This document shows positions 12,043 to 24,470 of a stretch of 64,000 bases of DNA, in pieces. Numbering within the stretch: the stretch's first letter is position 1; the number at the start of each line of letters is the position of its first letter. The notes below the pieces were generated by a model. That model saw only the letters and a program-made list of their open reading frames with translations. It was not told where the DNA came from and made no database searches. Made by a program: the position numbers and the translations under genes. The DNA comes from Hydrolagus colliei (lineage: Eukaryota), in the NCBI GenBank assembly GCA_035084275.1, contig JAYJKW010000483.1:186001-250000 (forward strand), in the 5' to 3' direction.

Positions 12043-12923
12043 TGAATGTTCTGGCAATCGTAATCCTGTCTAGGGGAAGGTGCGGCCTCTCGAAAGTCGT
12101 CACTTTCTATATGGAGGCGATGGCCGTGTCAGATCTAATGGTTATTATCAACGATGTGCTATTGAATCGCATCAACAACATGCATTTCCCCTTCAGCTTC
12201 TTGGCCTACACCCATGTATGCAGATTGAGAATCGTTCTGGTGGTCTCTGCCACTCTATGTTCCATTTGGCTAACAGTCGCTTTCACCTTTGATCGCTATG
12301 TCGCGATTTGTTGTCAGAAAATAAAGCAAAGATATTGCTCTGTAAAAACGGCCAGTTTGGTTATTACAACAATGTGTGTGCTCAGCTGTATGCAATGCAT
12401 TCCAATTTATTTTATTTATGTTCCGCTTGTCGTAGATACTATTCCAAAATATTGCGTTGAAAAACCAAGTTTTCACACTTCACTGTACTGGAAATATTTT
12501 GAACGGTTGATCCGTGCGTTCAATCCTGTAATAGTATCCGTTCTCATTACCGTCGTCAACGCCCTGACTGTCAGACACATTTTAGTGGCCAACAGAGCCC
12601 GCAGGAGAATCCGCGGTGACAGCAGTGGAAATAACCAGAATGATCCCGAGATGGAGAAACGGAGAAAATCCATCATTTTGCTCTTCGCTATATCCGGCAG
12701 TTTTGTACTTTTGTGGATGACAAATGTTGTACATTCTTTAAAATGGTCAGTTGCAGACTACCAAAATATACCGACGGACATCAGCACTCCGTATATCGTC
12801 CAACAAACTGGATTTATGCTTCAGCTACTGAGCTCCTGTACAAACTCTTGTATCTACGTGTTGACCCAGCGCAAATTTAGAGAAGAGATCAAGAAGATTG
12901 TAAAATGCCCGTTTGCCAATTAA
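12043..12923 (+). CDS. Class A (rhodopsin-like) GPCR, GPR139/142-like chondrichthyan-expanded family; main coding exon
   Basis: Open frame 11988-12923 with hydrophobic TM segments, VNVLAIVILSRGRCGLSK, AMAVSDL (TM2), AFTFDRYVAICC (DRY), and TM7 LSSCTNSCIYVLTQRKFR. A polypyrimidine tract plus AG at 12041-12042 suggests a short upstream exon (N-terminus/TM1 start) that I could not locate; an in-frame ATG at 11988 also exists. Confidence 0.88.
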
Positions 12924-13024
12924 AGTATTATTATTCAGCTAGTTTGATTGTAAATAATTTCCACATCGCCTGCGTCATTTACTATTGCATTGATGTTACC
13001 AAAAAAATAAGCATTTCAAGCCAC

Positions 13025-13330
13025 CACTGTTTGTGGGGACGCTGCTGCGGGCAAATCGCTGCTGCATATCGTCCACAAATATACAATCGCATTGTAGGCG
13101 AATCGCGGTAGCCATTTGCGCATAGCAGTGCTCCACAAACAGTCGTGGAATGAAATGACCAATTTTATTATTGTGGTTTGTTTTGGACGGATTATGATTA
13201 GGCTTGTAGAGTGTGCAGACTTGCCCAAGGTTTCGCCATTACCTTCCTTGATTCGAACACAGTTCTCCCTTGCTTGCAAGACAAATGCTCTAAGCACTGA
13301 ACCACAGTAGCTCCACATGGTGGTGCTTTC
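13025..13330. mobile_element. Tail-to-tail SINE pair: plus-strand Deu-core fragment (13025-13080) and minus-strand tRNA-head SINE (13085-13330)
   Basis: GTTTGTGGGGACGCTGCTGCGGGCAAAT.. versus the reverse complement GTTTGTGGAGCACTGCTATGCGCAAATGG..; minus-strand head GGAGCTACTGTGGTTCAGTGCTTAGAGC..GTTCGAATC. Confidence 0.7.
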
Positions 13331-13529
13331 AAACCCCACCTTGTGATTTCGGATCATACTGTCTAAATTGACCCACTCAGTGCAGAACTCAATGTGTTAC
13401 GCTTACGTTTAGATGTTGAACTGTCTTAAATTTTGCTTGGATGTCAACGATCACGTGTCACTCTTGAAAACAAATGGGAGTTCATCCCAGATTCCTGGCC
13501 AACAGTCTACGAAACACGATTATCCAGCA

Positions 13530-14010
13530 CTTTCCCAGCTAGCATTCGATTGTTAACTAAACGTTGCCTGAACGTTTAGTTAACATTCTGCTCGAGGTCG
13601 AACGTCCAACGTTCGCAGTCAACGTTCGCTGAACGTTAAGAGAACAACTTTCACCAGCGAAACGTAAATTTCATCTGCTTTCAATTTTTATTGATTGTCT
13701 ATTCTTTTTACTTAAGCATGATGTGTCACTGTTGACCGATGGGCAGTTTTAGAATTTGATTTAGTTTTTGTTAATACGTTGCCTGAACGTTGTCTGAACG
13801 TTGTGCCTCATGTTTATAGCCTTGATATTGTTAAATAGTCTTGATTTGTTTGTGTGTGTGTGTGTTTGCAATAACATTGAATTACGACTTCAATGTTAGG
13901 ATGTAGAGGTCATTTTGTATTTTTTCTTCATATTTTCCATATTTTGGGGGACCAATGAAAAAGCATCAGCTGGACGTTCAGTGAACGTTCAGTTGACTAA
14001 GTTCAGTTAC
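13530..14010. mobile_element. AACGTT-rich putative non-autonomous DNA transposon remnant
   Basis: Begins CCCAGCTAGCA; more than 10 (G/T)AACGTT palindromes clustered at both ends; no clean TIR pair or TSD found. Confidence 0.3.
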
Positions 14011-14668
14011 TTTTCCCACTACTCGGAAAATAAAAAATCCCCATTGTTGATCTGCAGAAATAATTGTCCGCGTGTGCAAACGAGTGATGTAGGGGAGTCC
14101 TCTTTCATGCTATTCGCGTTGGTCAATCGTGTTTGCGGAGGACGCTGTGCTTTATGTTTACATCTTGAATAAATTTATGCAACTTTTCCGGAGTTATTAA
14201 TGTTATTATAATTGCCACTAGAACGTTAATGTTTTATTAAGATTTATACTTTGATCGACTTACACTGGAGGAGACGGGCCCGGCGGCGCCCGCGGCCGAT
14301 TCCCGCTATTTTCCGATAACAGTTACACTCAGGGTTTGCCATTTGGCTGGAAAAAAACGGCCAAATTCGAGAAATCTGGCCTTAGACAATTTCGTATGTC
14401 CGAGAAAAACATTTATTTCCCCAAATTGATTTTGCCCTTTAACATTTGTTTGGCCGTGAAATGATTTTCTTTGGGTTTGCATTGTTTATTTTGTCTTTCT
14501 TTCTCTATGTGTTTTATGACTGGCAGATGCTGCAGAAAAATACTGAAAGCCGTTATAACTCTTCCGAAAAGTATGGGGAGAGTCGCTCTCGAGCGCTGTT
14601 CTCGAGTCATGAGGCCACGGCACAGGAACTTCATTCTCGACCTCCCCCTCCCCATAGTTTTGCAAGTA

Positions 14669-14790
14669 GTACGTACGCGCGTGCGCACACATTATACTAG
14701 TACATGTATACGTACGCGCACACACACACACACATTATACTACTACATGTATACGTACGCGCGCGCACACACACACATTATATACTATTA
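14669..14790. repeat. ~45-bp x3 tandem of purine-pyrimidine alternating sequence
   Basis: GTACGTACGCGC(AC)nATTATACTA(C)TACATGTATA repeated. Confidence 0.8.
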
Positions 14791-16499
14791 CACGGGCGCG
14801 CGTCGACCAAACAATCAGGTGGTGATTTGGCCGTGCCACGTGCCGCGCCGGACGTGAGTTGAGGTAGTCGTGGCTGCGTGCTCTCTGCCACACTAACAGG
14901 CCAGTACACAGGATTCTTAATGGGGGGGGTGCGGATTGGGTAACAAGTTAAACAACGCTGAGAATTGGCGGCTCCGAGTGTGTTTGAACCAGCCTGAAAA
15001 AGACTCATAGAGTGAGATCGGGGAGAGACTCACAGACTTTCCTGATGCTAAACAAACGAATAATTATAACCAAGGCACAGTATAGCTCCACACAACCCCT
15101 ACACTGCGCTCAGTCGCAGATGTTCACCATGGAGGTCGTGCTGAGTGGGTGAGAATGAGACCATCCTTCGCTTCACTCCCTCTGTGACTCCAGCCTCTCG
15201 GTTCCATTATTCCCACGAATCCAGCGAGATCACGAAGATAAACTAGAATGGAGAACAACAACAACTGAGTACTTGGGAAATGGGAAAAGCCTTCAACATT
15301 TCTATTGCAGTGTCCTGTGCCCTGTACAAATAATACATTCCCGGTCTTTCTAGCCAAATCAGCTATTTCTGAATGCTTTTGTCCGTTTTCCCGACGATGT
15401 GTGCTCTGCACGGTATTCTGTCTCACAAATCAATCAGCCATCCCCAGAAATGAATTAGAAATAGTCTGAAGGGTCTTTGAGGCCTCCAGCCCTGGAATCA
15501 ATTGTGTACAAGATTACAGCCCCGAGGTACAAACCAAAACTATTTTGAAAAGTGGTCGCTTGAGAGATGGATCTGGATGACGTACACTCACAAACTTTCA
15601 ATAGATGGAGCATTCACTGTAGGCAAGATCTAACCTTGCGCGTTTATTAACAGCTATTTCAGGCAGGCATCATAGGCAGAGAGAGGCATGTGACACAATC
15701 TACATCCTTCTGTATTCAAAAATGCTATGATTCTATAATTCTGCGGGCAGTTGAGCCCCAGTCGCAAAGAGGATATTCCTGGTTTGGGTAATCTGGATAA
15801 CAAAAGCACCGGTAATGCTTGTCATTAATTGCTCTCAATACTATTCTTTTGGGTTTAGATTGCTAAAATCCAACGGTATCCAAACGCATAGTCATGCCAG
15901 CAAACATTATACACCTTCTGTAATTGGCGAGCCAGTATATATCTCTACAGTAATAGAGTGCTCATTCCATACCAGTAAATGGGAATTTACATGTTTAGGT
16001 GAGTTGCATTGCAATATCATGGTTTAGTTTGGATCGTGTCAATCACTCCAACATGCTGCACCGCTGAGCAAAATGAAAATGAGTGTGTCTTGTATAGATT
16101 TCACGTCAAGCCAAGAAAACGTGGAAAGTGAGTGGGATATCTCGCGAGAGATGTGCCTTCGTTGCTGAGGATGGCTCTGTGTGTACCAGAGAGAGAGCCT
16201 GTAATGTGCTCCAGTAATGCGGGTGGTGCTGAAGTTACATGAATGGCTGTCATGTTCCTCGAGTTCTCAGAGTGGAGCTGCTCGCGTTTAGAATTCCCTC
16301 CCGTTTCCCTTTGCTTCCTGCTCCTTTCCAATCTTCAGATCACACCTGAAGATATTTATTTTTAATCACACGTACGTTCACTTCCCCCACTCCCCTTGGC
16401 TCGGCTTAAGAATATGCCACTGTCACGCGCTCTCAGATGCACTGGCATGGAGGTCGTGATGTACATTTAAGTTGCTGTTGTTGTTGTGTGTGAAAGAGT

Positions 16500-17165
16500 C
16501 TGCAATGTTCCCGCAGTGCTGAGGGTGGCGCTGTGTGTGTGTCTGTGTTTGTTTGTGTGATACAGACCCTGCAATGTTCCTGCAGTCCTCAGGGTGGAGC
16601 TGAGTGTTTGTGTGTGAGAGAGAGGGAGCGTCTAATGTTCCCGCAGTGTTGAGGGTGGCTTTGTGTGTGTGCGAGAGAGCCTGTAGTGCTCTCGCAAGTG
16701 CTGAAGGTGGCGCTGTGTGTGAGTGTGTTTGTGTGTGAGAGAGAGAAAGGGGGCGTGTAACGTTCCAACAGTGTGCGTGCGCGTGTGTGTGAGAGAGCCT
16801 GTAATGCGCCTGCAGTGCTGAAGGTGTGGCTACCTGTGAGTCTGTGTGTGTTTGTGAGAGAGAGAGCGTGTAGTGTTCCCGCAGTGCTGAGGGTGGCGCT
16901 GTGTGTGACAGAGAGTCTGTAATGTTCCGGCAGTGCTGAGGATGGCGCTGTGTGTGTGTGTGGGTGAGTGAGAGAGCGTGTAGTGTTCCCGCAGTGCTGA
17001 GGGAGGCGCTGTGTGTGAGTGTGTTTGTGTGCGTGCGGGTGAGAGAGAGAGCGTGTAGTGTTCCCGCAGTGCTGAGGGGGGCGCTGTGTGTGTGGGTGAG
17101 AGAGAGAGCGTGTAGTATTCCCGCAGTGCTGAGGGAGGCGCTGTGTGTGTGGGTGAGAGAGAGAG
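16500..17165. repeat. Minisatellite, unit ~GTAGTGTTCCCGCAGTGCTGAGGGTGGCGCTGTGTGTG(AG)n, ~11 copies
   Basis: Read directly; explains the repetitive ORFs at 16589-17365. Confidence 0.9.
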
Positions 17166-17379
17166 AAATAATAATAACAATACATTTCTTTCATTTGTTT
17201 TATTGTGAGAAACGGAGAGAGCGAGAAGCTGTAACGTGCCTCCAGTGCGTTTTCAAACTATATTTGGCGTTTTCAAGCTATAATTACCATCTAATTGTGT
17301 ATGCAACAGAGAAGTGTGTGGAGAACCTGGATTTATGTATGTACAATTTATGTTTGTACCGATGAAGCTGATTGACAGG

Positions 17380-17900
17380 TTTCAAACCGTGTTAAACAAG
17401 AGTTGCCACCATAGCTGAGCTACAGAGAGAAACAGTGGCAGTAGAGAGGGTAATGCACTCTGGGATGGTGCCCTTCATGAAGCTGTCGCTGTTTGTTGCG
17501 CATGTCCTTGGCATTAGGGATCAGAAGTTGCGATTAGCATAGAGTGAAGTTTTCAGAGAGCATTAGAGTTAGGGTGAGGACAACCTTATTCTATCCTTCG
17601 TCATCTCTCGGCTGGAATACTCCAACACCCTTCTCTTCGTTCTTTCCTCCTTCAATATTCACAAATTTCCTCCCATCTAAAGCTCCACCACTTGCATTCC
17701 TTGCTACACTAAACTCTGCACACCGGTTACCCAATTAATTGTCACCTATACTATCGCCCTATTAAAGAGTCAGCCTCCAAGACCCTCAATATGTTGCTTA
17801 TATCCATCTACGCCTTTGCCAAACCCTAGCTTTCCAAACGCGCCTCTCCTCACAGCAAAACCCACTTCCTCTGGCGTAACCAATTGCTCGAGGGGAGCAA
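17380..17900. mobile_element. Decayed L2 RT fragments in opposite orientations
   Basis: The plus strand at 17580-17700 resembles LIxxFVxSRLEYSNTLL of L2 RT; 17380-17575 is antisense L2-like. Confidence 0.45.
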
Positions 17901-17996
17901 CAACTGCATCAAAACCAATTACTTTAAAAAAAAAGAAATCCCGAGATTTACGTAAAAGTGAGCCAACCTTGGAGCAACTAAATGGTGAAAAACAGT

Positions 17997-18340
17997 TATA
18001 ATAATAATAATACTCCTTGCATTTGATTTTGCACTTCCCACATCTAATCAACATCTCAAATTGTTTCACGGAATATACTGTAAAGTGAATTGACTGTATA
18101 TATCTGTGGGCGAAACGCGGCAGCCAATTGCGCACAGCAGTGTCCCACACACAGTCGTGGATTGAAATGACCAATTTTATTGATGCATTTTTTTTTCTAG
18201 AGGGATTAGTATTAGGCGTGTGGAGTAAGAAAAGTTGCCAAAAATTTCACCCTGACCTGCCTGGAATCGAACATATGTCTCCCCAGCTTGCTAGACAAGT
18301 GCTCTAAGCACTGAGCCACAGGAACTCCACAGTTAAGGGA
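17997..18340 (-). mobile_element. Near full-length tRNA-Deu SINE (tRNA head, Deu core, LINE-like tail, (ATT)n)
   Basis: Minus strand: ..GTTCCTGTGGCTCAGTGCTTAGAGC..GTTCGATTCC.. then GTGTGGGACACTGCTGTGCGCAATTGGCTGCCGCGTTTCGCCCAC then GTGAAACAATTTGAGATG..TATTATTATT. Confidence 0.8.
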
Positions 18341-19050
18341 GCAAGCAGACACACCAAAATGTCTTAACATGTAACTCTTAGTTGTGGCTGATACTACAAC
18401 AATCCTGGGGCTGTGTTTCACTGTGAGGTGTGCAGTCCTTCAGGTAGGAATTTTAACCCATATCTACCCGCCGTGGATGTTAAACACCTCAGTGCAGTGT
18501 TTTAACCGAGAGGGAAATTTTTCCTGGCAACAATCTTCCCTTGAAATCTGGTGATAACAGGAACAAAAATGAGTACATACACAGCGTCTTCTACGCATGG
18601 TATCGCCCACAGCGCTTCGATAAGACATGATACGGATTTGAATCTATCCTACAAGATTTTATGTAATAATAAATTAGTCATATAAATCGACTAAGGTTTG
18701 TGGAAATCTCCTGCACACAATTGGCTGCTATGTTTCGCCCTCAACATATACAGTCAACTCGCTTTACAGTAATGAGCTCTGAAGCACTACAAGACACCAG
18801 GAATACTTGATAAGTCTCCATATCAACTGTAATAATTATATGATTATCAATGCAAAAGACCATATTGAGTTGCGAAATTCACTTCTATTTCAGAACAGGT
18901 GTATGCGATATTTAAACTCAACAAACACTGATAGATCATAACTCCTAAAACATAGTTCACCCATGCACTGCATTACAGTGTCGACCTTCGGTACATGAGC
19001 TCCACATGCAGACATACATCATGAACTGACAAACTTCTGACTGACGCACT

Positions 19051-19100
19051 GAGCGAGCGAGCGAGCGACCGACCGAGCGACCGACTGACCGACCGACCGG
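19051..19100. repeat. Compound (GAGC)n/(GACC)n tetranucleotide microsatellite
   Basis: Read directly from the sequence. Confidence 0.85.
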
Positions 19101-22100
19101 TCAACTCAGGCATGTTCATGCACACGGTTTGTGGTACAATCTGGCATCAAAAATTCAACGTGGGGATTAATCCCACGACTTTATTTCCCAGAAGCGAGAT
19201 TTCTGCCAAATGTTAGAGGCCATAGTTTTGACTAAACTCATCATACATACAAACTGAATCAACATAAGTTACTTATTTCCAAACCCCGTATACAAACAGC
19301 CAGAGACACAAAAGTTGGAATAATTCCTGAACAGTTTTGGCTTCTTTTTGGTTACAACCTCAAAATACTTTTCTGAAGATCGTTTTGAGTGCTTCAAGTT
19401 TACACAATCAAAAAAGATCCTAATTCATCCAGACTATTGAAATCAATTTTAATGCTTTATTGTGAAGTGTTCCCTTATATTTACAAACAGCAACGGTTTA
19501 TATATTCTATGTAGAATTTTTTTTACTTTAAAAAAATAAAATTATCTTATTTCCACAGACATAGGGCAGCTGTGGAGAATACCCTGTGTTGTTAATTGTA
19601 ATATTTGGAACCAGTTTCTAGCAGATGGTTTAATGTCAGATTTCTATTAAGAGGAAGTCGATCTAAAGTATTGTCAGAAAATGCAGGTGTTTCATGTAGA
19701 TAGGAAACGGACTCATTTTTGGATAATCGCATGACCAGAGGCAATGATTTCTTGTAAATGTTGTATGAGCCACAGTGACCTGGGGCAGCTGGATTCAGTA
19801 CAGTGTTCATCAAAGCTAAGTTATGTTTCCAAATCATTAATTTAGATACATAAAGCTGGCTATGTTTGTGTCTTAGTTTGGCTATCGATAAGGATTATAG
19901 CGTGGTCGGGCGGTGCTGATTGTTGTGTGTACCTCAGTGAAGGTGAATTTACCTAGTTTAAGTGTCCAGGTTGAATGATTGGAAATAATACTTGGAACTT
20001 AATCAATACTATGTGTCAGCCTAAATCATCCAAGTGGGTCATTTTGCCTTCCAAGCATTGTCACTGACAAACCAGCCAGGTTGCCTGCCTCAATGGCAGG
20101 ACTGGAGTGGCAAACTGATTACCGAAGCCAGTGGAGAATCATGCACTTCTGGTCTTAGTATCTCTACAGGCCAAAGCACTTATATACACTATAGTCTAAC
20201 TTGTCAAATTCTTCGTCAAACAGCTTTTATATATATGTGGTTAACACACACATACAAACACACACACACATACACATACGCACAGATTCACACTAGGAAC
20301 CCACAGATGTGAATAAACATATCATAATATGTAATAACCTCCTATGTATATATCCCATTTTATTTTTTGTTTCTGATAAAATATCACTCCCCTGAATGAA
20401 TGAGCCTCGCTCTTCTCTGTACATTCTCTTCTTCAGGCCCAGTATTCTGGATACTCACTGGTGCACCCTAACAATATTTAATGACCCCCATGATGATTTC
20501 TGAGCATTTCAGCGGTAATTGATTCAGTGTGTTGTTAGTTTTCTCAGGGGCCATATCACCGAATTGTCTGTGCTGCTGTGGGATTGAGGGAATTAACATC
20601 CGACCAACATTGCAGATTTCCTAACTTCCAAGAGTGCACTAAACGCTGCAAATGTTCATGGACTTGCACCCAGAAGACCTGAATGCAAAACTCGGTAAAT
20701 TATCAAAGACTTGTATCCTACAGATGGATACGCCAGGATATGGGAATGATTGATGGGAACATTTCCACATCGACAGAGATATACTCTGCTAATGAAACAT
20801 GTTGACAGATACTGAAAGTTTCAAAACATGCAAGTTTAAAATAAAATCAGTTTACATCCAGTCATCAGTTAGCTCTAGTTCCAAAAACGCTTACGCAAAA
20901 CTAACTTCGAAGTTGTGACAGTGTTTAACAAATTCCAAGTTCTTAATTGCGAAGTTTTTCTGCATAAATTATCAAAGCAAGAAACAAGCAAGATTTCTTC
21001 TTTCTAGTGATCATTCTCAGTGAAGTTAAGGGAAGGAGGCATACAGAGGGATGTGCAATCACAAAACATTGCCTGCAATTGAAACTCAAAACAAGTCTGC
21101 GGAATCACTGTTTGAGTGGAGATGGTAGAAGCACAAATTGACGATTTCTAGAATAACACATGGGTAGGTTTATTTTCCACAACAATGTTTAGAAAAAATA
21201 CCTAATTTGAGATAATGTATGTATATGTGACTGTGAGGATGATAGAAATCTGATTGGCTCGGCACTGGTCATTTTTGTCTCGCAATGCTTTAGTTCTGAC
21301 TGAGCTATTATAGTGGACTCATGATACACTTAATGCAACACTAAGTGATATTAATAAAATTATTACACGTGGAAAACTGTTCTGTTTGCAAAATGCTTAA
21401 TATTTTGCGTCCTTCCTATTGCTCAATATATACCCATTGGGTGTTAACAGATGGGAACTAGGCTGAGGTTATCTATTGTGCAGACGTCACTGGACTCTGT
21501 GGAAGCTGGAGAGACACTAACATAGAGTGCAACCTGGAAGAGAGAGCTCCCAGAGAAATTCAATGACCACTGAGTACATAACAAATGTTGACACCAGAGA
21601 CAATATAAAATCACGATAGTAATCTTTAGAAGGGGACGTTCTGTATCACTATTGATGCGAGTTGGGCTAAGGGAGCCAGATCAATTTTACATGTAGGGAA
21701 TTTAAGGCCATATTTCTATTTTTGTTTCAATCTGGGCGTTTCATGATGTTATTAAAGCATGATAATAATAATTGCATTTGCTTTAAGGTGTATCAAGTCA
21801 GCAGTATGTCCCATCGTTTCACTGTTTAAAGTGTGAATAGGAGTCTGGGCCACAGCAGGATTTGGTGGTCTGCCATCGTGGTGCTGCCAATCAATGTGTG
21901 CAGCTCAGCACAGGCAGGAGAAGTTGTGAATGTGTATAACAAATGACACACTCACATTGTTCTGTAAATACTGTAACACAGAGCTGCGTGTTACTCTATT
22001 AGAACAGCCGTGCATCTGAAGCAGTAACTTGGGTGTGGAGATGATCACTGGGGGAATGGAAGCAGCTGCCGGTTAAAGAAGTGAAGGAGCTACAGAAGCG

Positions 22101-22386
22101 GAAATGTTGCTGCACATTAATAATCTCAGCAAAACCCGAGGTGAAGGTGGACGGTTCACTCAACAGCTTTTGAATAGCGCTAAGTTTTGAGGGGATCTGA
22201 ATAATTTGGTGAGCAGGAGAAAAGGCACAATTGACACTAATGTAAAGAAAGCTTTGATACTTTGCACCGTGTTTATTATTTCGTATTGATGCAGTGGACA
22301 GTATTTTCAGACGTTATGAAACAGGAGCAGATTTAAAAAAACACGAAGCTGCTGATTAAAATCAAAGAAAAATCCACAACAGCCAA

Positions 22387-22392
22387 TTTATT
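22387..22392 (-). terminator. Candidate polyadenylation signal for the membrane form
   Basis: AATAAA on the minus strand ~260 nt after the TM2 stop; a second at 22272-22277. Confidence 0.45.
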
Positions 22393-22653
22393 TCTTCAGC
22401 ATTACGCCACTCAAATGTTGAACAGTAAATACAAAATATAAAAGAATGTCCGCCGTTACCCATTTTTATCATTACTGCCACAAGTCACGTTATAAAGTAA
22501 GGATTATTAAAACAAGAAGAATCATTATAAATGTTGTATTTGCACAATACAAAGGTTAATTCCAGCGAAGATAGACATCATATTTTCAGTCGCCATATAT
22601 TGCTTCTCAACATCAGCAGATGAGGCACCTGGGTGCAGCTGATATTCCGAAAT

Positions 22654-22662
22654 TCATTTTAC
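22654..22662 (-). CDS. IGHM: IgM TM2 exon (V-K-stop)
   Basis: Minus strand CATATTTTACAG|GTA AAA TGA; completes the conserved KVK cytoplasmic tail after TM1 ..TLIK. Confidence 0.85.
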   Translation of the reverse strand, partial: VK

Positions 22663-23350
22663 CTGTAAAATATGAGTAGATATATAATTTTAAGGTTCTG
22701 CTTGGGTCAGCAGTTATTGATGAGGGTTGCGTTTATATATTTTTTATAATATACACACAGATATATATATATACACAGATGCATACAAACACACACAGCA
22801 CGCACACATGCAGACAGAACTACAAACACAGTCAGACACACAAACAGACACAGACACACACACACACACACAGACAGAAATACAAACACACAGACATACA
22901 TAAACAGACACACACACAAGCTCAAACGATTCTGTGAATTGATTTTTGACTGCTGGTGACTGACGCAAGTCGCCATTTGCCAAGTTTTGCATACAAACAC
23001 ACACACCAGAGATATATGCGTACAGAAATACAAAACACACATCTTAAAGCCAGGCTTTAAAGCTTCCACTAGATATTCATCGAACTATATATTCTGCAAA
23101 TTACCGTTGGATTTTGCCTCTATCGATAACCAGTGGGCATACATCAGCAGTGATTATTGGTATGTAAGGGTAATCGGATATTTTCATCACCAACACAGAG
23201 TCTGGATACAATGATCCAGCCTTGTACAGACATGGGGATTAACCCAGCAGAGTGGATGCAATGCGCATCACTATCAGTGCTCTCATGAAACAAGTATTTA
23301 ACAGCGTTTGTTAGATCACATAATGTCGTCAATGAATTTAATATCCTCAC

Positions 23351-23481
23351 CTTAATTAGAGTGACGGTGGCGCTGTAGAATATACTCAGGAAGAAGAGGA
23401 TGATGAATGTGGAAGCAGTAGGCCAAAGGTTCTCACTTTCATCTTGTTGAAAACTTTCCACTATAAACTCGGTTGGGAAAT
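23351..23481 (-). CDS. IGHM: IgM TM1 exon
   Basis: (D)FPTEFIVESFQQDESENLWPTASTFIILFFLSIFYSATVTLIK; acceptor CTCCCAG|AT, donor AAG|GTGAGG; carries the IgH CART motif (T.STF..LF.LS..YS). Confidence 0.95.
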
Positions 23482-23779
23482 CTGGGAGGTTAACAAAGAA
23501 GAAAATATTCAGAGGGAACACAAACTTGAGTTTATTGTTATTTTCACTCTTTGTTTATTAATGATTATACGGTTTCCAATTACGCTCCCTCACATTGAAC
23601 CACATGGGCCCAAAGACACTTGCACACTTATCGACTCACACAGCACCATTTATGTGCATCCTGCCAATTAATACAAGCATTAACATTTCAGAGAAATTAA
23701 GGAGAAATGGTTAATAATGTTTGTCCATATCAATTATATAATCCATGAAATAAATTTGGGGTCAATTTGGGAAAATTTA

Positions 23780-24470
23780 ATTTGTAGAATTCCAGAAGGA
23801 TGGATATCCTCACATTGAGACTTTGCTGGTAGAAAATGGCAGAACTATGACAATCCTCCAATTTCACCTTTCCAACTGTTTACTTGTCACTAACCAAATA
23901 CCATTTCAGATTGCGTCACTTTGTTATTGGGTTGAATAAACATATATTCTAAAAGATCTCTGTACAAAACACCAGGTCTAACTTTATCCATTGCATTTAT
24001 TTTCCTGGGTGTCAGAGTTTCAAAATCTATCCTGCATTTTAAAAGGTTTTATTTGATACTCTCCTCTTTTTTCTTTTACCTTCACTTGTTACGAGAAAAA
24101 CTACAATGATTGAAGTTGTTCCGCATCGCTTTAATGCCAATCACAGGCATCATTTTCATGCTCTGTGTGAAATAGTCCTAAACCTACAGTGTAGGAGTGT
24201 GGAAAAGCCTGTGTTTAAGTGACTATCTTGCTGTACCCTCTTTGTATCATAAAGTGTATGGAGCACCACACCGTACTCCAACCACATCCCTAATAACGCT
24301 ATTTCAATTATCTGCGCGAAAAGCGCAATATATTATTAATTTTCCAAATCTTCCCCATTCCACTGAAATAATATGAATCCTTTGGAGAACATATTTCCAA
24401 AATATACTTGAAATAAGCAGTTGTTTCAATATTCAACTGCATTTCTAAATTTCTACCAACAAAGATACCG
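23780..24470 (-). mobile_element. Highly decayed CR1-like LINE fragment in the CH4-TM1 intron
   Basis: Antisense fragments resemble CR1 RT text (e.g. AATGCAATGGATAAAGTTAGACCTGG); heavily mutated. Confidence 0.35.

Noticed and set aside
4257-17165. Regular repeats at 4.3 kb and 16.5-17.2 kb as CRISPR-like arrays
   Set aside because: Vertebrate context, no unique spacers and no cas genes; ordinary minisatellites.
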